Assembly: GCA_963422645.2 (NCBI GenBank)
Contig: CAXXVO010000017.1
Coordinates: 1-64,000 of the forward strand
DNA: 64,000 nt
Direction of reading: 5' to 3'
Source of the DNA: Alphaproteobacteria bacterium
Lineage (GTDB): Bacteria; Pseudomonadota; Alphaproteobacteria; UBA828
A model generated the notes under the pieces. That model made no database searches and was not told the DNA's origin. It saw nothing but the letters and a program-made list of their open reading frames with translations. Within the stretch, counting starts at the first letter, position 1; each line of letters opens with the position of its first letter. Below, piece by piece: positions 9,988 to 20,310 of this stretch. Position numbers and translations under genes: made by a program.

Positions 9988-10956
9988 CTACCAGCCCCGC
10001 GCCTGCTCGATGACGCGGACGTTGGCGAGCCCGTCCTGAGGCGTCACCGCGAGCGGCGTGCCGCGGGCGATGGCACGGGTGATGCTTTCGACCTGGGCCT
10101 TGTAGGTGTCGTGGCCCGCGAGCGAGACGGTGCGCGACTTGCCGCCCTTGCGCACCGTGGTCATGGAGCCCGGAATGCCGACGAAGCCGCCTTCGATCCG
10201 GCAGCTGCTCTCGCTGCCCAGGAGCTCGAACCCGCCGCCGGTGGTCACCGCGGTCGAGGCCGAGATGGTCCCCACGGCACCCTTTGCGAAGCCGATGGAG
10301 ACGGCGGCGGTATCGGCCGAGCGCCCGTAGGCCTTGTTGGCAAGGTGGGCGTGCACCGTCTTCGCCTCGCCGTTGAACCAGCGCAGCATGTCGATGAAGT
10401 GGGTACCGATATCGCCCAGCACCCAGCAGCCCGATTTCTCGTCGTCGAGGCGCCACCAGTCGTCCGGCACCTCGGGATAGCGGTAGCGGAACTGGCAGTG
10501 CATGTGTACCGGCGCGCCGAAGCGGCCACCCTGCCATTGCGCGCGGAGCGCATCGAGCCTCGGGTGATAGCGGCTGTTGTAGCCGATGGTGAGCAGGCGC
10601 TCGGCCTTCTTCGCGGCCCTGATCATCGCTCGACACTCGGCCTGGTTCATCGCCATGGGCTTCTCGCAGAGCACGTGCTTGCCGGCCTTGAGAGCGGCGA
10701 TGGTCTGGTCCTTGTGCAGGTGGTTGGGGCTCGCGATCCACACCGCGTCGACGGTGGGATCGGCGAGGAAGGCCTTGAGGTCCGCATAGCCGCGCGCCAC
10801 GCCATGGCTCGCGCAGTAGCGCTCGGCGTTCTCCTGCTTCGTCGACAGCACGGCCTTGAAGCGCGCGCCCCGCGCCGCGTTGATCGCCGGGCCCAGGACC
10901 ATGTCGCTCCAGCCCCGCGTGCCGATCATGCCCCAGCCGACCGGTTTCGCTGCCAT
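9988..10956 (-). CDS. Gfo/Idh/MocA family oxidoreductase
   Basis: DAVWIASPNHLH, GKHVLCEKPMA, DIGTHFID motifs. Confidence 0.92.
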   Translation of the reverse strand: MAAKPVGWGMIGTRGWSDMVLGPAINAARGARFKAVLSTKQENAERYCASHGVARGYADLKAFLADPTVDAVWIASPNHLHKDQTIAALKAGKHVLCEKPMAMNQAECRAMIRAAKKAERLLTIGYNSRYHPRLDALRAQWQGGRFGAPVHMHCQFRYRYPEVPDDWWRLDDEKSGCWVLGDIGTHFIDMLRWFNGEAKTVHAHLANKAYGRSADTAAVSIGFAKGAVGTISASTAVTTGGGFELLGSESSCRIEGGFVGIPGSMTTVRKGGKSRTVSLAGHDTYKAQVESITRAIARGTPLAVTPQDGLANVRVIEQARGW

Positions 10957-11102
10957 GCTCGCCTCCCGCTGACTTGTCGCCGCCGGGCGATGGTATCACG
11001 GGGCGAGGCATGCGGCCCGAAGGCAACCCGCATTGACCGGCCGCGGGCGCGAGCCATAGAGTGTGCGCCCTTCCCACCAGCGCAGCACGCCCGACGCTCC
11101 TG

Positions 11103-12302
11103 ATGAAGGCCCTCTCGGACATCGTGATGCTCGACCTGACGCATATGCTGTCGGGTCCCTTCGCGGCGATGCTGCTGGCGGATCTCGGCGCCCAGACGAT
11201 CAAGGTGGAGCCGCCGGGCAGCGGCGAGATGACCCGCGGCCTGCTCGCCGACGACCCCCGCTACGGCTACAAGGGCATGGGGCCATACTTCCGCACCCTC
11301 AATCGCAACAAGAAGAGCACCTGCATCGACCTGAAGCGGGACGAGGGCCGTGCTCTCTTCCACGCGCTCGCGGCCAAGGCCGACATCGTCGTCAACAACT
11401 TCCGCCCAGGCGTTCCTGAGCGGCTCGGCATCGACCACGCGACGCTCGCCGCGCTCAACCCCCGCATCGTCACGTGCAGTGTGACCGGCTTCGGCGAAGA
11501 GGGGCCCGACTGCGACCGCACCGCCTTCGACGTGGTGGCCCAGGGCTATGGCGGCGGCATGTCGATCACCGGCGAGGCCGGCGGGCCGCCGATCCGCGCC
11601 GGCGTCCCCATGGGCGACCTCTCCAGCGGGCTCTTCGGCGCAATCGCCATGCTGGCGGCGCTGCACGCGCGCGAGGTCACCGGGCGGGGCCAGCATATCG
11701 ACCTCTCCATGCAGGACTGCCAGGTCTCGCTCCTGAGCTACATCGCCGCCATGCACCTCTTGTCCGGCGAGGTGCCGCGCCAGTTCGGCAACGCGCATCC
11801 GATCTATGTCCCCTACAATGCCTTCCCGACCAGGGACCGGTGGCTGATCATCGCGGTGGTGAAGGACGACCAGTGGGCGCGGCTCAGGGACGTGCTGGAG
11901 AACCCGGTGCTGAAGGACGCGCGTTTCGACGGCTACGAAGGGCGGCGCGACCATCGGGAGGAAGTGGACGGCGGGATCACGGAGGCGCTCGCGGCGCACG
12001 GCTGCGACGAGTGGCTGGAGAAGCTGCGCGCGGCCCGCGTGCCCTGCGGGCCGGTCAACGACGTGGCCCATGCGCTCGCGGACGTACAGGTGCAGGCCCG
12101 CGACATGGTGGTCGAGATCGGTCACCCGGAGGGCGGCTCCTTCCGCACCACGGGCAACCCGATCAAGCTGAGCGAGACGCCGTGCGAGAGCTACGATCCG
12201 CCGCCGCTGCTCGGCCAGCATACGGACGAGGTGCTGAGCGGCCTTTGCGGCAAGAGCGAGGCACAGCTTGCCCGCTTGCGCGAGGCCGGCGTAATTGCCT
12301 GA
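11103..12302 (+). CDS. CaiB/BaiF family III CoA-transferase
   Basis: LDLTHMLSGPFAAMLLADLGA, NRNKKS, NFRPG, AFDVVAQ, PPLLGQHTDEVL. Confidence 0.93.
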   Translation: MKALSDIVMLDLTHMLSGPFAAMLLADLGAQTIKVEPPGSGEMTRGLLADDPRYGYKGMGPYFRTLNRNKKSTCIDLKRDEGRALFHALAAKADIVVNNFRPGVPERLGIDHATLAALNPRIVTCSVTGFGEEGPDCDRTAFDVVAQGYGGGMSITGEAGGPPIRAGVPMGDLSSGLFGAIAMLAALHAREVTGRGQHIDLSMQDCQVSLLSYIAAMHLLSGEVPRQFGNAHPIYVPYNAFPTRDRWLIIAVVKDDQWARLRDVLENPVLKDARFDGYEGRRDHREEVDGGITEALAAHGCDEWLEKLRAARVPCGPVNDVAHALADVQVQARDMVVEIGHPEGGSFRTTGNPIKLSETPCESYDPPPLLGQHTDEVLSGLCGKSEAQLARLREAGVIA

Positions 12303-12332
12303 AGAGAACGAGAAAATCTGAGGAAGTGAACC

Positions 12333-13247
12333 ATGGGTGACGTCATCACCGTGCACGAGGTTGGGCTCCGCGACGGGCTCCAGAACCAGCCGCGCGTCGT
12401 ACCGACCGAGGGCAAGCTGCGCTTGCTCGACGCCCTGCTGGATGCCGGCCTTCAATCCATCGAGGCCGCGAGTTTCGTCTCTCCCAAGGCGGTGCCGCAG
12501 ATGGCGGATGCGGCGGCGATCTTCGCCAACCTGCCGCAGGAACGCAGCGCCGGCTACGAGGCACTGGTGCCGAACGAAAAGGGTTACGAGCGCGCGGTCG
12601 ACGCCGGCGTCACCACCGTGGCACTTGTGCTCGCCGCCACCGACACCTTCAACCGGCGCAATATCAACATGTCGCTGGACGAGGCGATCCGGGTCAACGA
12701 GACGGTGATCAGGCGCGCGAAGGCGGACGGGATCCGCGCCCGCTCCTACCTCTCCGTGGTCGCCGCCTGCCCCTACGAAGGGGTGGTTCCGCCGGAGACG
12801 GTGTTCGACCTCGCCGCACGCATGTTCGACGCAGGCGCCGACGAGCTTGCGCTGGGGGATTCCACCGGCGCCGGCACCCCGCCGCAGATGGCCCACCTCT
12901 TCGAGACGCTGGCCCATCGCTATGGGCCGGAGCGCCTCGCCGGCCACTTCCACGACACCCGCGCCATGGGGCTCACGCTCACCTGGGTCGCCATCGAATG
13001 CGGCATCCGCAAGTTCGACAGCTCCATCGGTGGCCTCGGCGGCTGCCCCTTCGCGCCGGGCGCCACCGGCAACCTCGCCACCGAGGACCTGGTGTTCATG
13101 GTGACCGAGGCCGGCTTCGAGACCGGTATCGACGTGGGCGGCCTGCGCCGCGCCGTCGCCATCGCCGAGGAGCTGACCGGTCAGACGCTGGGCGGCCGGA
13201 TCACGCCCTTCCTGCACTCACGGGAGAAACGTAGGGCGGCAAACTGA
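12333..13247 (+). CDS. hmgL: Hydroxymethylglutaryl-CoA lyase family protein
   Basis: EVGLRDGLQN, HFHDT, GGLGGCPFAPGATGNLATED. Confidence 0.88.
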   Translation: MGDVITVHEVGLRDGLQNQPRVVPTEGKLRLLDALLDAGLQSIEAASFVSPKAVPQMADAAAIFANLPQERSAGYEALVPNEKGYERAVDAGVTTVALVLAATDTFNRRNINMSLDEAIRVNETVIRRAKADGIRARSYLSVVAACPYEGVVPPETVFDLAARMFDAGADELALGDSTGAGTPPQMAHLFETLAHRYGPERLAGHFHDTRAMGLTLTWVAIECGIRKFDSSIGGLGGCPFAPGATGNLATEDLVFMVTEAGFETGIDVGGLRRAVAIAEELTGQTLGGRITPFLHSREKRRAAN

Positions 13248-13256
13248 CTGAAGCGA

Positions 13257-13350
13257 GAGCGAGGCCGTCTTCGACGGGCTCGCGACAGGCCGCGACCGCG
13301 GCCCGCCGCTATTGCGGCGCGCCCGCGCAGGCGCCGGCCGGAGGCCGGCT
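13257..13350. terminator. Cluster of GC-rich hairpins between convergent hmgL and upp
   Basis: GCGAGGCCGTC-TTC-GACGGGCTCGC, CGCCGC-TATT-GCGGCG, GCCGGCC-GGA-GGCCGGC; no clear U-tract. Confidence 0.4.
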
Positions 13351-13370
13351 GCCGTGAGCGACAGAAAGCT

Positions 13371-14018
13371 CTAATCCGTGCCGAAAAGGCGGTCGCCCGC
13401 GTCGCCCAAGCCCGGCACGATATAGGCCTTCTCGTTCAGCTTCTCGTCGAGGCTTGCGGCCCAGACCTCGACGCTCGCGTGCTTCTCGTTGAAGGCGCGC
13501 ATGCCCTCGGGCGCTGCGACCATGGCCATGAAGCGGACGTTGCTGTCGTCGATGCCGTTCCGGTTGAGCAGGTCCACCGCGTAAGAGGCGGAGTAGCCGG
13601 TGGCGAGCATCGGGTCGACCAGGATGAAGAGTCGTTTCGTGTCTGCCGGGAGCCGCACGTAGTACTCGACCGGCCGGTGGGTCTTGGGGTCGCGGTAGAG
13701 CCCGATGTGGCCGAGCGGCGCCGTCGGCAGCAGCTCCGCCAGCCCCTCCGCCATGCCGAGGCCGGCGCGCAGGATCGGCACGATCGCGGGCTTCCGGCCG
13801 CGCAGGAAGGGCGCCTCCATCTCTGTGAGCGGCGTTTGGATGGACCGCGAATCCATCGGCAGGCCCCTGGTGATCTCGTAGCCGACGAGCAGGGCGATCT
13901 CGCGCAGCAGATCGCGAAACATAGGGGTCTGCGTCGTCCTGTCGCGCAGGTGGCTCAGCTTGTGCTGGACCAGCGGGTGGTCGACCACATGGAGGTTGGG
14001 GAATGGATTCTCGCTCAT
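13371..14018 (-). CDS. upp: Uracil phosphoribosyltransferase
   Basis: [42 protein letters not shown]. Confidence 0.97.
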   Translation of the reverse strand: MSENPFPNLHVVDHPLVQHKLSHLRDRTTQTPMFRDLLREIALLVGYEITRGLPMDSRSIQTPLTEMEAPFLRGRKPAIVPILRAGLGMAEGLAELLPTAPLGHIGLYRDPKTHRPVEYYVRLPADTKRLFILVDPMLATGYSASYAVDLLNRNGIDDSNVRFMAMVAAPEGMRAFNEKHASVEVWAASLDEKLNEKAYIVPGLGDAGDRLFGTD

Positions 14019-14022
14019 GGGG

Positions 14023-14607
14023 CTATAGGCTCGCCTGAGGTTTCGGGTCACTGTAGAGGGAGGGCACGATAACGGGCATCAGCAGCCGGAAGGGGATCAG
14101 CAGCACCGCCGCCATCCCCACCTTGATCGCGAAATCGCCCAGCGCCCAGGTCACCCACGGCAGGCCCGTGAGCGCGAAGGCCGCGCTGAAGAATATCGCA
14201 GTATCGAGCGCAGACGCCGACAGCGACGAGACCAGCGGCGCCCGCCACCAGAGGCCGCGCCTCAGCCGGTGGAAGAGCGCGATGTCGAAGTGCTGCGCGC
14301 AGATGAATGCGAAGCCCGAGGCCAGCGCCACGCGCACGCCTTCCCAGAGCGGGATGTCCGCCGCCACCGCGAGGATGATGGAAAGCCCCATCCCGAAGGG
14401 GAAGCCCACGTAGGCGACCGTGCGCGCCCGTCCCGGCCCCCACGCCCTGTTGGTGAGGTCGGTCACCAGAAACGCCAACGGATAGGTGAACGCGCCCCAG
14501 GTCAGCCAGTCGTTGATTGCGTGCTGGACGGCGACGTTCGAGACCCCGATCACCGCCATCATCGCGACGATGGGGAGCAGCAGCGACAGCGGAAGCGGCG
14601 CCTTCAT
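14023..14607 (-). CDS. VUT family (YhhQ-like) queuosine precursor transporter
   Basis: Hydrophobic; [35 protein letters not shown]. Confidence 0.85.
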   Translation of the reverse strand: MKAPLPLSLLLPIVAMMAVIGVSNVAVQHAINDWLTWGAFTYPLAFLVTDLTNRAWGPGRARTVAYVGFPFGMGLSIILAVAADIPLWEGVRVALASGFAFICAQHFDIALFHRLRRGLWWRAPLVSSLSASALDTAIFFSAAFALTGLPWVTWALGDFAIKVGMAAVLLIPFRLLMPVIVPSLYSDPKPQASL

Positions 14608-14801
14608 GGCCGCAGACTATAAGGCGCTGGCCTCATGCGACCAATTCGCGCGGGCACAGAGGAGGTGTGACAAGTGAGGAGCCGGGCCACAGGCCCGGAG
14701 CGCGCGACACCCCGCCGCGCCGAATGGCGCGTAGCCAAGCGGGCGGAGTGAGCGCGTCGCGCGGTAACGCGCGCCCGGCGCCTGAGGGAACTGATAAGAG
14801 C

Positions 14802-15098
14802 CTATTCGGCGGCGGAGGCCGCGCGCGCGTTCTTTACCCGGCGCTTGATGCGCCGTGCGCCCTGGGAGAGCCGGTCGTCCGAGGTCTTGAGCAGGTAGTT
14901 GTCGAGCCCGCCGTGGCGCTCCACCGTGCGGATCGCGCTGGTCGTGACCTTGAGCCGCACCATGCGCCCCAGCGCCTCGCTGAGCAGGGCCTTGTCGTGG
15001 AGGTTGGGCAAGAAGCGCCGGCGGGTCCTGTTGTGAGCGTGACTCACATTGTTGCCGGTCAGGACGCCCTTGCCGGTCAGCTCGCAGCGGCGTGCCAT
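14802..15098 (-). CDS. rpmB: 50S ribosomal protein L28
   Basis: MARRCELTGKGVLTGNNVSHAHNRTRRRFLPNL. Confidence 0.98.
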   Translation of the reverse strand: MARRCELTGKGVLTGNNVSHAHNRTRRRFLPNLHDKALLSEALGRMVRLKVTTSAIRTVERHGGLDNYLLKTSDDRLSQGARRIKRRVKNARAASAAE

Positions 15099-15167
15099 GG
15101 TTCGCGCTCCGTGGAGGAAAGAGCGGGCTAATTAGAAGGAACCGGCATTCCGGTCAAGCGCGCACGG

Positions 15168-16118
15168 ATGACAGAGCCGGCCTTTTGCTCTACACCGCGA
15201 GGAATGAGCCGAGGAGGACAGTTCGCCCGGCGGCGCCGCGGGAATACCCCAGCGGCCGTCAACGGGGTCATCGACTTGCGCCTCCCGGCGCGCCAGACAG
15301 CGCCGCTCATCTTCACCTCCCCGCACAGCGGCACGGATTACGACCCCGCGTTCATCGCGAGCTCCCGGCTCGACGAGAAGAACCTGCGGCGCTCCGAGGA
15401 CAGCTTCGTCGACGAGATTTTCGCGAGCGCGCCCGAGACAGGCGCGCCGTTGCTTTGCGCGCTCTACCCGAGGGCCTACCTGGACCCGAACAGAGAGCCC
15501 TACGAGCTCGACCCGGAGATGTTCTCCGAGCCGCTGCCTGGCCACGTGAAGACCCGCTCCGATCGGGTGCGCGCGGGCTTCGGCACCATCGCGAAGCTGG
15601 TCGCTTCGGGCGCGGAGATCTATGCCGGCAAGATGACCTTCGCCGAGGCCGAGCGACGCATCGACACGCTCTACCGGCCTTATCACCGGGCGCTGGAAGG
15701 TCTGATCGAGGCGACGCTGCACGACTTCGGCGCGGCGTTCGTGCTGGATTGTCACTCCATGCCCTCGGTCGGCGGGCCGACGGATCGCGACCGCGGCACG
15801 CCCCGCCCCGACATCGTGCTGGGCGACCGCTTCGGCGCCTCCTGCGAGCCCAAGGTGATCGAGACGGCGGAGCAGATCCTGCGCGATCTCGGCTTTTCGA
15901 TCAGGCGCAACGAGCCCTACGCCGGCGCATACACCACCGCCCACTACGGCCGACCCAACGAGCGTGTGCACGCGCTGCAGATCGAGGTCAACCGCCGGCT
16001 CTACATGAACGAAGCCACGGTCGCCCGCTCGCGTGAGCTGCCCGGCCTGCAGAAGAAGATGAACCGCTTCATCGCCACGATGGCGGAGGAGAGCCTCGCG
16101 CTCGTCGAAACGCTCTGA
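15168..16118 (+). CDS. N-formylglutamate amidohydrolase family (start uncertain)
   Basis: SPHSG, EDSFVD, RAYLDPNR, YRPYH, DCHSMPS, LQIEVNRRLY. Confidence 0.88.
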   Translation: MTEPAFCSTPRGMSRGGQFARRRRGNTPAAVNGVIDLRLPARQTAPLIFTSPHSGTDYDPAFIASSRLDEKNLRRSEDSFVDEIFASAPETGAPLLCALYPRAYLDPNREPYELDPEMFSEPLPGHVKTRSDRVRAGFGTIAKLVASGAEIYAGKMTFAEAERRIDTLYRPYHRALEGLIEATLHDFGAAFVLDCHSMPSVGGPTDRDRGTPRPDIVLGDRFGASCEPKVIETAEQILRDLGFSIRRNEPYAGAYTTAHYGRPNERVHALQIEVNRRLYMNEATVARSRELPGLQKKMNRFIATMAEESLALVETL

Positions 16119-16210
16119 AACGCGAAGCGTTAGTTGAACGGGCGTCGTTCCTGGAATAATGATGACCCACCGGCGGCGAGGGCCGCACAGGCAATCGCAG
16201 GGAGCAGACC

Positions 16211-17458
16211 ATGAGACTGAGCCGTAGACAGTTCTTCCAAGCCGCATCCGGCGCGTTGGCCTTCGCCAGCCTGCCTCATGTGCTGCACCGCGCCGGCATC
16301 GCCAGCGAGGACCCGATCAAGGTCGGCAACATCCTCGACCGCACCGGCATCCTCAACATCTACAGCTTGAAGCAGATTCAGGCGACGGCGATGGCGGTGG
16401 ACGAGATCAACGCCGCTGGCGGCCTGCTGGGCCGGCCGCTGGAGCTGGTGTTCTACGACTCCCAGTCCGATGGTCAGTACAACTCACAGTACGTCACCGA
16501 GGCGCTGGTCAAGGACAAGTGCGTGGTGGTGCACGGCGGCATCACCAGCTCCTCGCGCGAGGTGATGCGCCCCATCGTCAACCGCTTCAAGGGACTGCTC
16601 TTCTACAACTCGCTCTATGAGGGGGGTGTCTGCGACCGCCGCCACGTCTCGACCGGCATGGTGCCGGCGCAGCAGCTCGAGCCGCTCTTCGACTACGTGG
16701 TGAACGAGCTTGGCGGCAAGCGCACCTACATCCTGGCGGCCGACTACAACTACGGCCACATCACGTCCAAGTGGATGCAGAAGTTCACCCGCGATCGCGG
16801 CGGCGAGGATCTGGCGGTCGAGTTCTTCCCGCTCGACGTCAACAACTTCCAGCCGGCGATCTCGCGCATCCAGGCGGCGAAGCCCGACGTGGTGATGTCC
16901 GCGCTGGTGGGCGGCGCCCACATCGCCTTCTACCGCCAGTTCGAGGCCTCCATCGGCAAGGACCAGATGATGCTGGCGTCGAGCACATACGGCGTCGGCC
17001 TCGAGCACACCCAGCTCAGCCCCGAGGAAGGCAACGGCATCATTCTCGCGACCTCCTTCGTCGACGACCTCGACACGGCCGAAGCCAAGGATTTCGTGAG
17101 CCGCTTCCACGCCTATACCGGCGACACCGGCTATGTCGGCGAGTACGGCGAGTACGGCGAGCGCGGGGTCAAGGTCTGGGCCGAAGCAGTGCGCCAGGCC
17201 GGCGATGCCAGCCCCGACGCGGTGATCGATGCGCTTGCCACGGGCAACGTCAGCGTGGTCGGCGCGGGCGGGCAATACACGGTCGACGGTCAGACCAACC
17301 ACACGACGATGGACATCCACATCGTCCGCGGCAACATGAGCCAGACCTTCGATGTGATCAGCTCGTTCTCCCAACGCCCGCCGCTGGATACGCAGCAGGT
17401 CTGCGACCTCCACGCGAATCCCGACGACAAGACCCAGTACGAGGTCGAGGTCGAGTAG
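16211..17458 (+). CDS. UrtA/AmiC-like amide or urea ABC transporter substrate-binding protein, Tat signal
   Basis: SRRQFF twin-arginine; EINAAGGLLGR, GGITSSSRE, LYEGG, ADYNYG. Confidence 0.88.
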   Translation: MRLSRRQFFQAASGALAFASLPHVLHRAGIASEDPIKVGNILDRTGILNIYSLKQIQATAMAVDEINAAGGLLGRPLELVFYDSQSDGQYNSQYVTEALVKDKCVVVHGGITSSSREVMRPIVNRFKGLLFYNSLYEGGVCDRRHVSTGMVPAQQLEPLFDYVVNELGGKRTYILAADYNYGHITSKWMQKFTRDRGGEDLAVEFFPLDVNNFQPAISRIQAAKPDVVMSALVGGAHIAFYRQFEASIGKDQMMLASSTYGVGLEHTQLSPEEGNGIILATSFVDDLDTAEAKDFVSRFHAYTGDTGYVGEYGEYGERGVKVWAEAVRQAGDASPDAVIDALATGNVSVVGAGGQYTVDGQTNHTTMDIHIVRGNMSQTFDVISSFSQRPPLDTQQVCDLHANPDDKTQYEVEVE

Positions 17459-17503
17459 GGATCGGGGCGTTACGACGACGATTTCGTAGCCCGGACGCCG
17501 GGT

Positions 17504-17587
17504 CCGTCGGCGGCGAGGGTCGCCGCCGACGGGCTTGCCTTGCGTTCGCGGATGCGTGTTCCGCCCCGGCCGGCCTCGCCGGGGCGG
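17504..17587 (+). other. Two strong intercistronic hairpins after the binding-protein gene
   Basis: CCGTCGGCGGCGA-GGG-TCGCCGCCGACGG (13-bp stem) and CCGCCCCGGC-N7-GCCGGGGCGG (10-bp stem). Confidence 0.65.
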
Positions 17588-17599
17588 CGGGGGTGACGG

Positions 17600-18460
17600 G
17601 TGGATCAGGTCGCGAACTATCTCTTCCAGATCGGCTTTTCCTTCTCGATCTTCATCCTGATCAGCCTCGGGCTCGCGGTCATCTTCGGGATGATGCGGGT
17701 CATCAACTTGGCGCAGGGCGAGTTCCTCATGCTCGGCGCCTACTTCTGCACGCTCTGCGGCCACGCCGGCATCAACCTCTGGCTCTCGTTCATCCTGTCG
17801 GCGCTCGCCGTCGGGCTCTTCGGCATCATCGTCGAGCGCTTCGTTATCCAGTGGCTCTACGGCCGCATCATCGACACGCTGTTAGCCACCTGGGGGCTGA
17901 GCCTGCTGCTGGTCGGCGGCGTCACCACGATCTTCGGACCCCAGACCGAGAGCGTGGCCGCCCCGCTCGGCAACGTGCAGGTGGGCGCCTTCGGGCTGCC
18001 GATCTACGGCCTGGTGATGATGGCGATTGCCGTGGCATTGCTGGGCGCGGTCTACGCCTTCTGGCGCTTCACCCGCTACGGGCTGATCGTGCGCGGCACC
18101 ATGCAGAACCCGACGATCTCGGCCGCGTTGGGCGTCAACCGCAGCCTCGTCTACATGCTGACATTCGCCTTTGGCTCGGCGCTCACCGGGCTCGCCGGCG
18201 CGGTGCTGTCACCCATCGTCGGCGCCTATCCCACGCTCGGCGTCGTCTACGTCGCCAAGGCCTTCATCACGGTCATCACCGGCGGCCACCTGCCGCTGAT
18301 CGGCACGGTGACCGCGTCCGGCCTGTTCAGCACCATGGACGGCATCGTCGCCACCGTCTCCAGCTCGGTGATCGGCGAGATGACGGTGCTCTTCGTCGCC
18401 ATCATCCTGCTCCGGCTGCTGCCGCTCGGCATTACCGGGCGCATGACGCGCGGGGTCTGA
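17600..18460 (+). CDS. UrtB/LivH-like ABC permease
   Basis: GLAVIFGMMRVINLAQGEFLMLGAY; LLATWGLSL. Confidence 0.92.
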   Translation: MDQVANYLFQIGFSFSIFILISLGLAVIFGMMRVINLAQGEFLMLGAYFCTLCGHAGINLWLSFILSALAVGLFGIIVERFVIQWLYGRIIDTLLATWGLSLLLVGGVTTIFGPQTESVAAPLGNVQVGAFGLPIYGLVMMAIAVALLGAVYAFWRFTRYGLIVRGTMQNPTISAALGVNRSLVYMLTFAFGSALTGLAGAVLSPIVGAYPTLGVVYVAKAFITVITGGHLPLIGTVTASGLFSTMDGIVATVSSSVIGEMTVLFVAIILLRLLPLGITGRMTRGV

Positions 18461-18463
18461 GCG

Positions 18464-19573
18464 ATGGTCCACGGCATCGCCCTGATGCAGCACCCGAGCG
18501 AGAAGCCCAAGTGGTGGTGGTGGGTGTTCGTCGCCGCGCTCGCGGCCTTCTTCATCACCATGCCCTTCCACCTGGAGATCTTCGTCATCCTGGAGATGTC
18601 GCGCTTCTTCGGGATGGCGATGCTCGCGCTCAGCATGGGCTTCCTCTGGGGCTTCAGCGGCATTCTCAGCTTCGGGCAGACCGCGTTCTTCGGGCTTGGC
18701 GGCTACGGCTTCACCGTGCTCGCGCTCAATACCGGCGAGACCACGGGCTCGGTCTTCTTCGCCGTCGCCCTCGGCGCGGCCGGCGCCGGCATCCTCGGCT
18801 ACTTCATGATCTACGGCCGCATCAGCGAGATTTATCTCAGCGTCATCACCCTGGTCTTCACGCTGATCCTGGAGAAGGGCATCCGCGCCACCTCGGGCGA
18901 CCAGTACGTCATCGGCAAGGTGCGGCTGAACGGCCAGAACGGCATCCCCACCGTGCCGCAGCTCGACGTGCCGTGGAACCCGAGCGTGCAGCTCGACATC
19001 AACTGGTTCTTCTGGGTCGGCGCCGTGCTCATGATCCTGGTCTACATCGGGCTGCGGATGATTCTGACCACGCCCTTCGGCCGGGTGCTGGTCGGCATCC
19101 GCGAGAACGAGCGCAGGACCGAGCTGCTGGGCTACGACACGCGGCGCTACAAGCTCGGGGCGTTCATGCTGGCGGGCGGCGTGGCCGGCCTCGGCGGCGC
19201 GCTCTACGCCATCTCGATCCCGCTGGCGCATCCGGAGATGTTCAGCCTGGGCCGCGCGGCGGACGTCATCATGTGGGTGCTGGTCGGCGGCAAGGGCACA
19301 CTGATCGGGCCGATCGCGGGCGTCTTCGCCATCGAGCACTTCAAGGGTTGGCTCGGCACCCAGGGCGTGGGCCAGGTGACGCTGGTGCTGGGTGCGGTGC
19401 TGATCCTCTTCGTCCTCGTCTTCCACAAGGGCCTGCTGCCGAGTGTCGGCTCGCTGCCCGGCCTCTGGCTGGATCGCGCGGCGATCCGCGAGCAGCTGGC
19501 CGAGTTCGTGCAGCGCCTCAGCTTCCGCCCCGCTCGGCCGCGCCGGAGAAGGCGCCAGGGAGGGCGGCCGTGA
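18464..19573 (+). CDS. UrtC/LivM-like ABC permease
   Basis: WGFSGILSFGQTAFFGLGGY; GRVLVGIRENE; VGGKGTLIGP. Confidence 0.92.
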   Translation: MVHGIALMQHPSEKPKWWWWVFVAALAAFFITMPFHLEIFVILEMSRFFGMAMLALSMGFLWGFSGILSFGQTAFFGLGGYGFTVLALNTGETTGSVFFAVALGAAGAGILGYFMIYGRISEIYLSVITLVFTLILEKGIRATSGDQYVIGKVRLNGQNGIPTVPQLDVPWNPSVQLDINWFFWVGAVLMILVYIGLRMILTTPFGRVLVGIRENERRTELLGYDTRRYKLGAFMLAGGVAGLGGALYAISIPLAHPEMFSLGRAADVIMWVLVGGKGTLIGPIAGVFAIEHFKGWLGTQGVGQVTLVLGAVLILFVLVFHKGLLPSVGSLPGLWLDRAAIREQLAEFVQRLSFRPARPRRRRRQGGRP

Positions 19574-20310
19574 GCGAGGCGGTGCGCGAGGACGCGGTGA
19601 TCCTGGAGACGCGGGCGCTGGAGAAGCGCTTCGGCGGCGTGAGCGCCATCGCCGGCGTCGACTTCGCGCTCCGGCGCGGCGAGCTGCGCTGCCTGATCGG
19701 CCCGAACGGCGCCGGCAAGAGCACCTTCTTCAAGATGCTCACGGCCCAGATCAGGCCGTCAAAGGGGCAGGTCCTCTTCGACGGCCGCGACATCAGCCGC
19801 GCGCATCCGCACGAAATCTCGCGCCTCGGCATCGGCATCAAGAACCAGGTGCCGGACGTCTACGACGGCATCACCGTGGACGAGAACCTGTGGCTCGCGG
19901 CGCACCCGCGCCACGGCGCCATGGCCGCGCGCGCCAAGGTGGACGAGACACTGGAGCGGCTCGAGCTCGGCGACATCCGCTGGCAGCTGCTCGGCGCGCT
20001 CGCCCACGGCCAGCGCCAGTGGGTCGAGTTCGGCATGGTCATGGCGCTCGAGCCCGAGGTCATCCTGCTCGACGAGCCCACGGCCGGCATGAGCATCGAG
20101 GAGACCAACCGCACGGCGGCGCTGATTCGCGAGGTGAACCGGACCACGACCATCGTCGTGGTCGAGCACGACATGCAGTTCATCCGCCAGATCGCGGACA
20201 TCGTCACCGTGTTCCACCAGGGCCGCATCCTGGCCGAGGACACCATGGCGCGCATCCAGGCCAACCAGGCCGTGCGCGAGGTCTACCTGGGGACGTCGGG
20301 CCTTGCTTGA
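19570..20310 (+). CDS. UrtD/LivG-like ABC ATP-binding protein
   Basis: GTG start overlapping the previous stop; GPNGAGKST, LAHGQRQW, LLDEPTAG, VEHDM. Confidence 0.92.
   Translation: MSEAVREDAVILETRALEKRFGGVSAIAGVDFALRRGELRCLIGPNGAGKSTFFKMLTAQIRPSKGQVLFDGRDISRAHPHEISRLGIGIKNQVPDVYDGITVDENLWLAAHPRHGAMAARAKVDETLERLELGDIRWQLLGALAHGQRQWVEFGMVMALEPEVILLDEPTAGMSIEETNRTAALIREVNRTTTIVVVEHDMQFIRQIADIVTVFHQGRILAEDTMARIQANQAVREVYLGTSGLA

Noticed and set aside
14608-14800. preQ1 riboswitch upstream of the VUT transporter
   Set aside because: No preQ1 consensus or A-rich tail on the minus strand; only generic GC hairpins.
16119-17600. Guanidine riboswitch linked to the Urt-like operon
   Set aside because: No ykkC consensus upstream; the CCCGG-ACG-CCGGG hairpin near 17490 has a 3-nt loop, lacks a twin ACGR hairpin and is intercistronic.
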